Source of the DNA: a virus
Taxonomy: Duplodnaviria; Heunggongvirae; Uroviricota; Caudoviricetes
DNA length: 30,675 nucleotides
Virus record (IMG/VR): IMGVR_UViG_2721755724_000001
Reading direction: 5' to 3' (one strand)
The position numbers and the translations under genes are program-made. A model generated the notes under the pieces. That model had not been told where the DNA came from, did not search any database, and saw only the letters and a list, made by a program, of their open reading frames with translations. This document shows, one piece after another, positions 29,814 through 30,675 of this stretch (positions are counted from its first letter, which is position 1; every line of letters starts with the position of its first letter).

Positions 29814-29987
29814 TATCCTTCAAGCTCTGAAGGAGGCTGTTCCCGGTACGTTCAGACTGTTGTTGAGCTGGAAATCGCAACGGAGGAAGAAACCTTGTTG
29901 CTGGAAGCCTGGAAAAAGTATCGGGTGTTGCTGAACCGTGTTGATACGTCAACTGCACAGGATATTGAATGGCCAGCACTGCCGTAG
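29814..29987 (+). pseudogene. tfa: 3' remnant of tail fibre assembly gene tfa
   Basis: 57 codons without a start, ending ...[40 protein letters not shown], matching the conserved C-terminus of TfaE/TfaQ-type proteins; in frame with and directly after the stf stop. Confidence 0.65.
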
Positions 29988-30084
29988 GGTAAAACATATA
30001 AATTCTATAATTAGATGTATCTTTCCATTTACGGCAAGGAAGGGGGCTTGGAAGACGTAAAGCATCTCACACCGAGATTATTTT

Positions 30085-30675
30085 TTATATGTCAGGTGTC
30101 TGAAGTTTTGCTTTGGCTCTTAAAATGGTTTGCCGCGAGGTTTTGAATTCCCGGGCAATGGCACTTATACTTACACCTGACTTAATTCGTTCGAATACCA
30201 CCTGTTTCTGTTCTTCATTTAACACAGGTGGTCGACCAAAACGTTTCCCTGCGCCGCGGGCTCTTACTATCCCGGAATGAGTGCGTTCAAGTAAAAGGTC
30301 TCGTTCAAATTCAGCGACTGCTGAAATTACGTGCATCATCATTTTTCCTGTTGGACTGGTCAGGTCAATGCCCCCCAATGCTAAGCAATGCACTCTGATA
30401 CCTGTTTCGGTCAGTTGTTCCACTGTTTTCCTGATATCCATTGCATTACAACCAAGGCGATCCAGTTTTGTCACAATCAATTGATCACCACATTTCAGGC
30501 GAGCAAGCAACCGGTTAAAACCAGGACGCTCACTGGTTGCTGCTGAGCCGCTAATGTGTTCTTCGATTATTTGCTGAGGTTTGATTTTAAAACCTGCACT
30601 TTCGATTTCCCGGCGTTGATTTTCGGTGGTCTGATCCAGCGTTGATATCCGACAGTAAGCAAAAATTCGAGACAT
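30085..30675 (-). CDS. pin: Pin-family DNA invertase (serine recombinase), PinQ/PinR-like
   Basis: 196-aa [38 protein letters not shown]... with catalytic-Ser N-terminal domain and C-terminal helix-turn-helix; start codon is the last three bases of the window. Confidence 0.9.
   Translation of the reverse strand: MSRIFAYCRISTLDQTTENQRREIESAGFKIKPQQIIEEHISGSAATSERPGFNRLLARLKCGDQLIVTKLDRLGCNAMDIRKTVEQLTETGIRVHCLALGGIDLTSPTGKMMMHVISAVAEFERDLLLERTHSGIVRARGAGKRFGRPPVLNEEQKQVVFERIKSGVSISAIAREFKTSRQTILRAKAKLQTPDI

Overview
This window reads as a degraded Qin/Kim-type lambdoid prophage of Escherichia coli, with the integrase at the left edge and a Pin invertase ending exactly at the right edge. Module order left to right: int-xis-large exonuclease | ydfD-dicB-DicF sRNA (cell-division inhibition operon, minus strand) | a mosaic immunity region (dicC reduced to a 3' remnant) | O-like replication initiator with in-gene iterons | nin-like region (QueH-family ORF, DUF968/YdfU-like) | antiterminator Q and a tR'-like terminator | cargo island (Blc-like lipocalin, DUF523/DUF1722 protein, AraC-family regulator) | lysis cassette (S21-like holin, two unknown ORFs, SAR endolysin, Rz/Rz1) | cspI, ynfN-like, gnsB | terminase remnants joined to the C-terminal part of J | lom | side tail fiber with a C-terminal self-cleaving chaperone domain | tfa 3' remnant | pin. 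Four IS insertions with intact target-site duplications are visible: two inverted IS2 copies, one IS1 and one IS3. Head and most tail genes are missing, so the element cannot be a viable phage. The best candidates for something undescribed are the cargo island in the position where Stx phages carry stx, the two unassignable ORFs wedged between holin and endolysin, and the short QueH-family ORF; none could be assigned a function from sequence alone. All homology calls are from memory of protein families, not from a database search, and coordinates of remnants are approximate.
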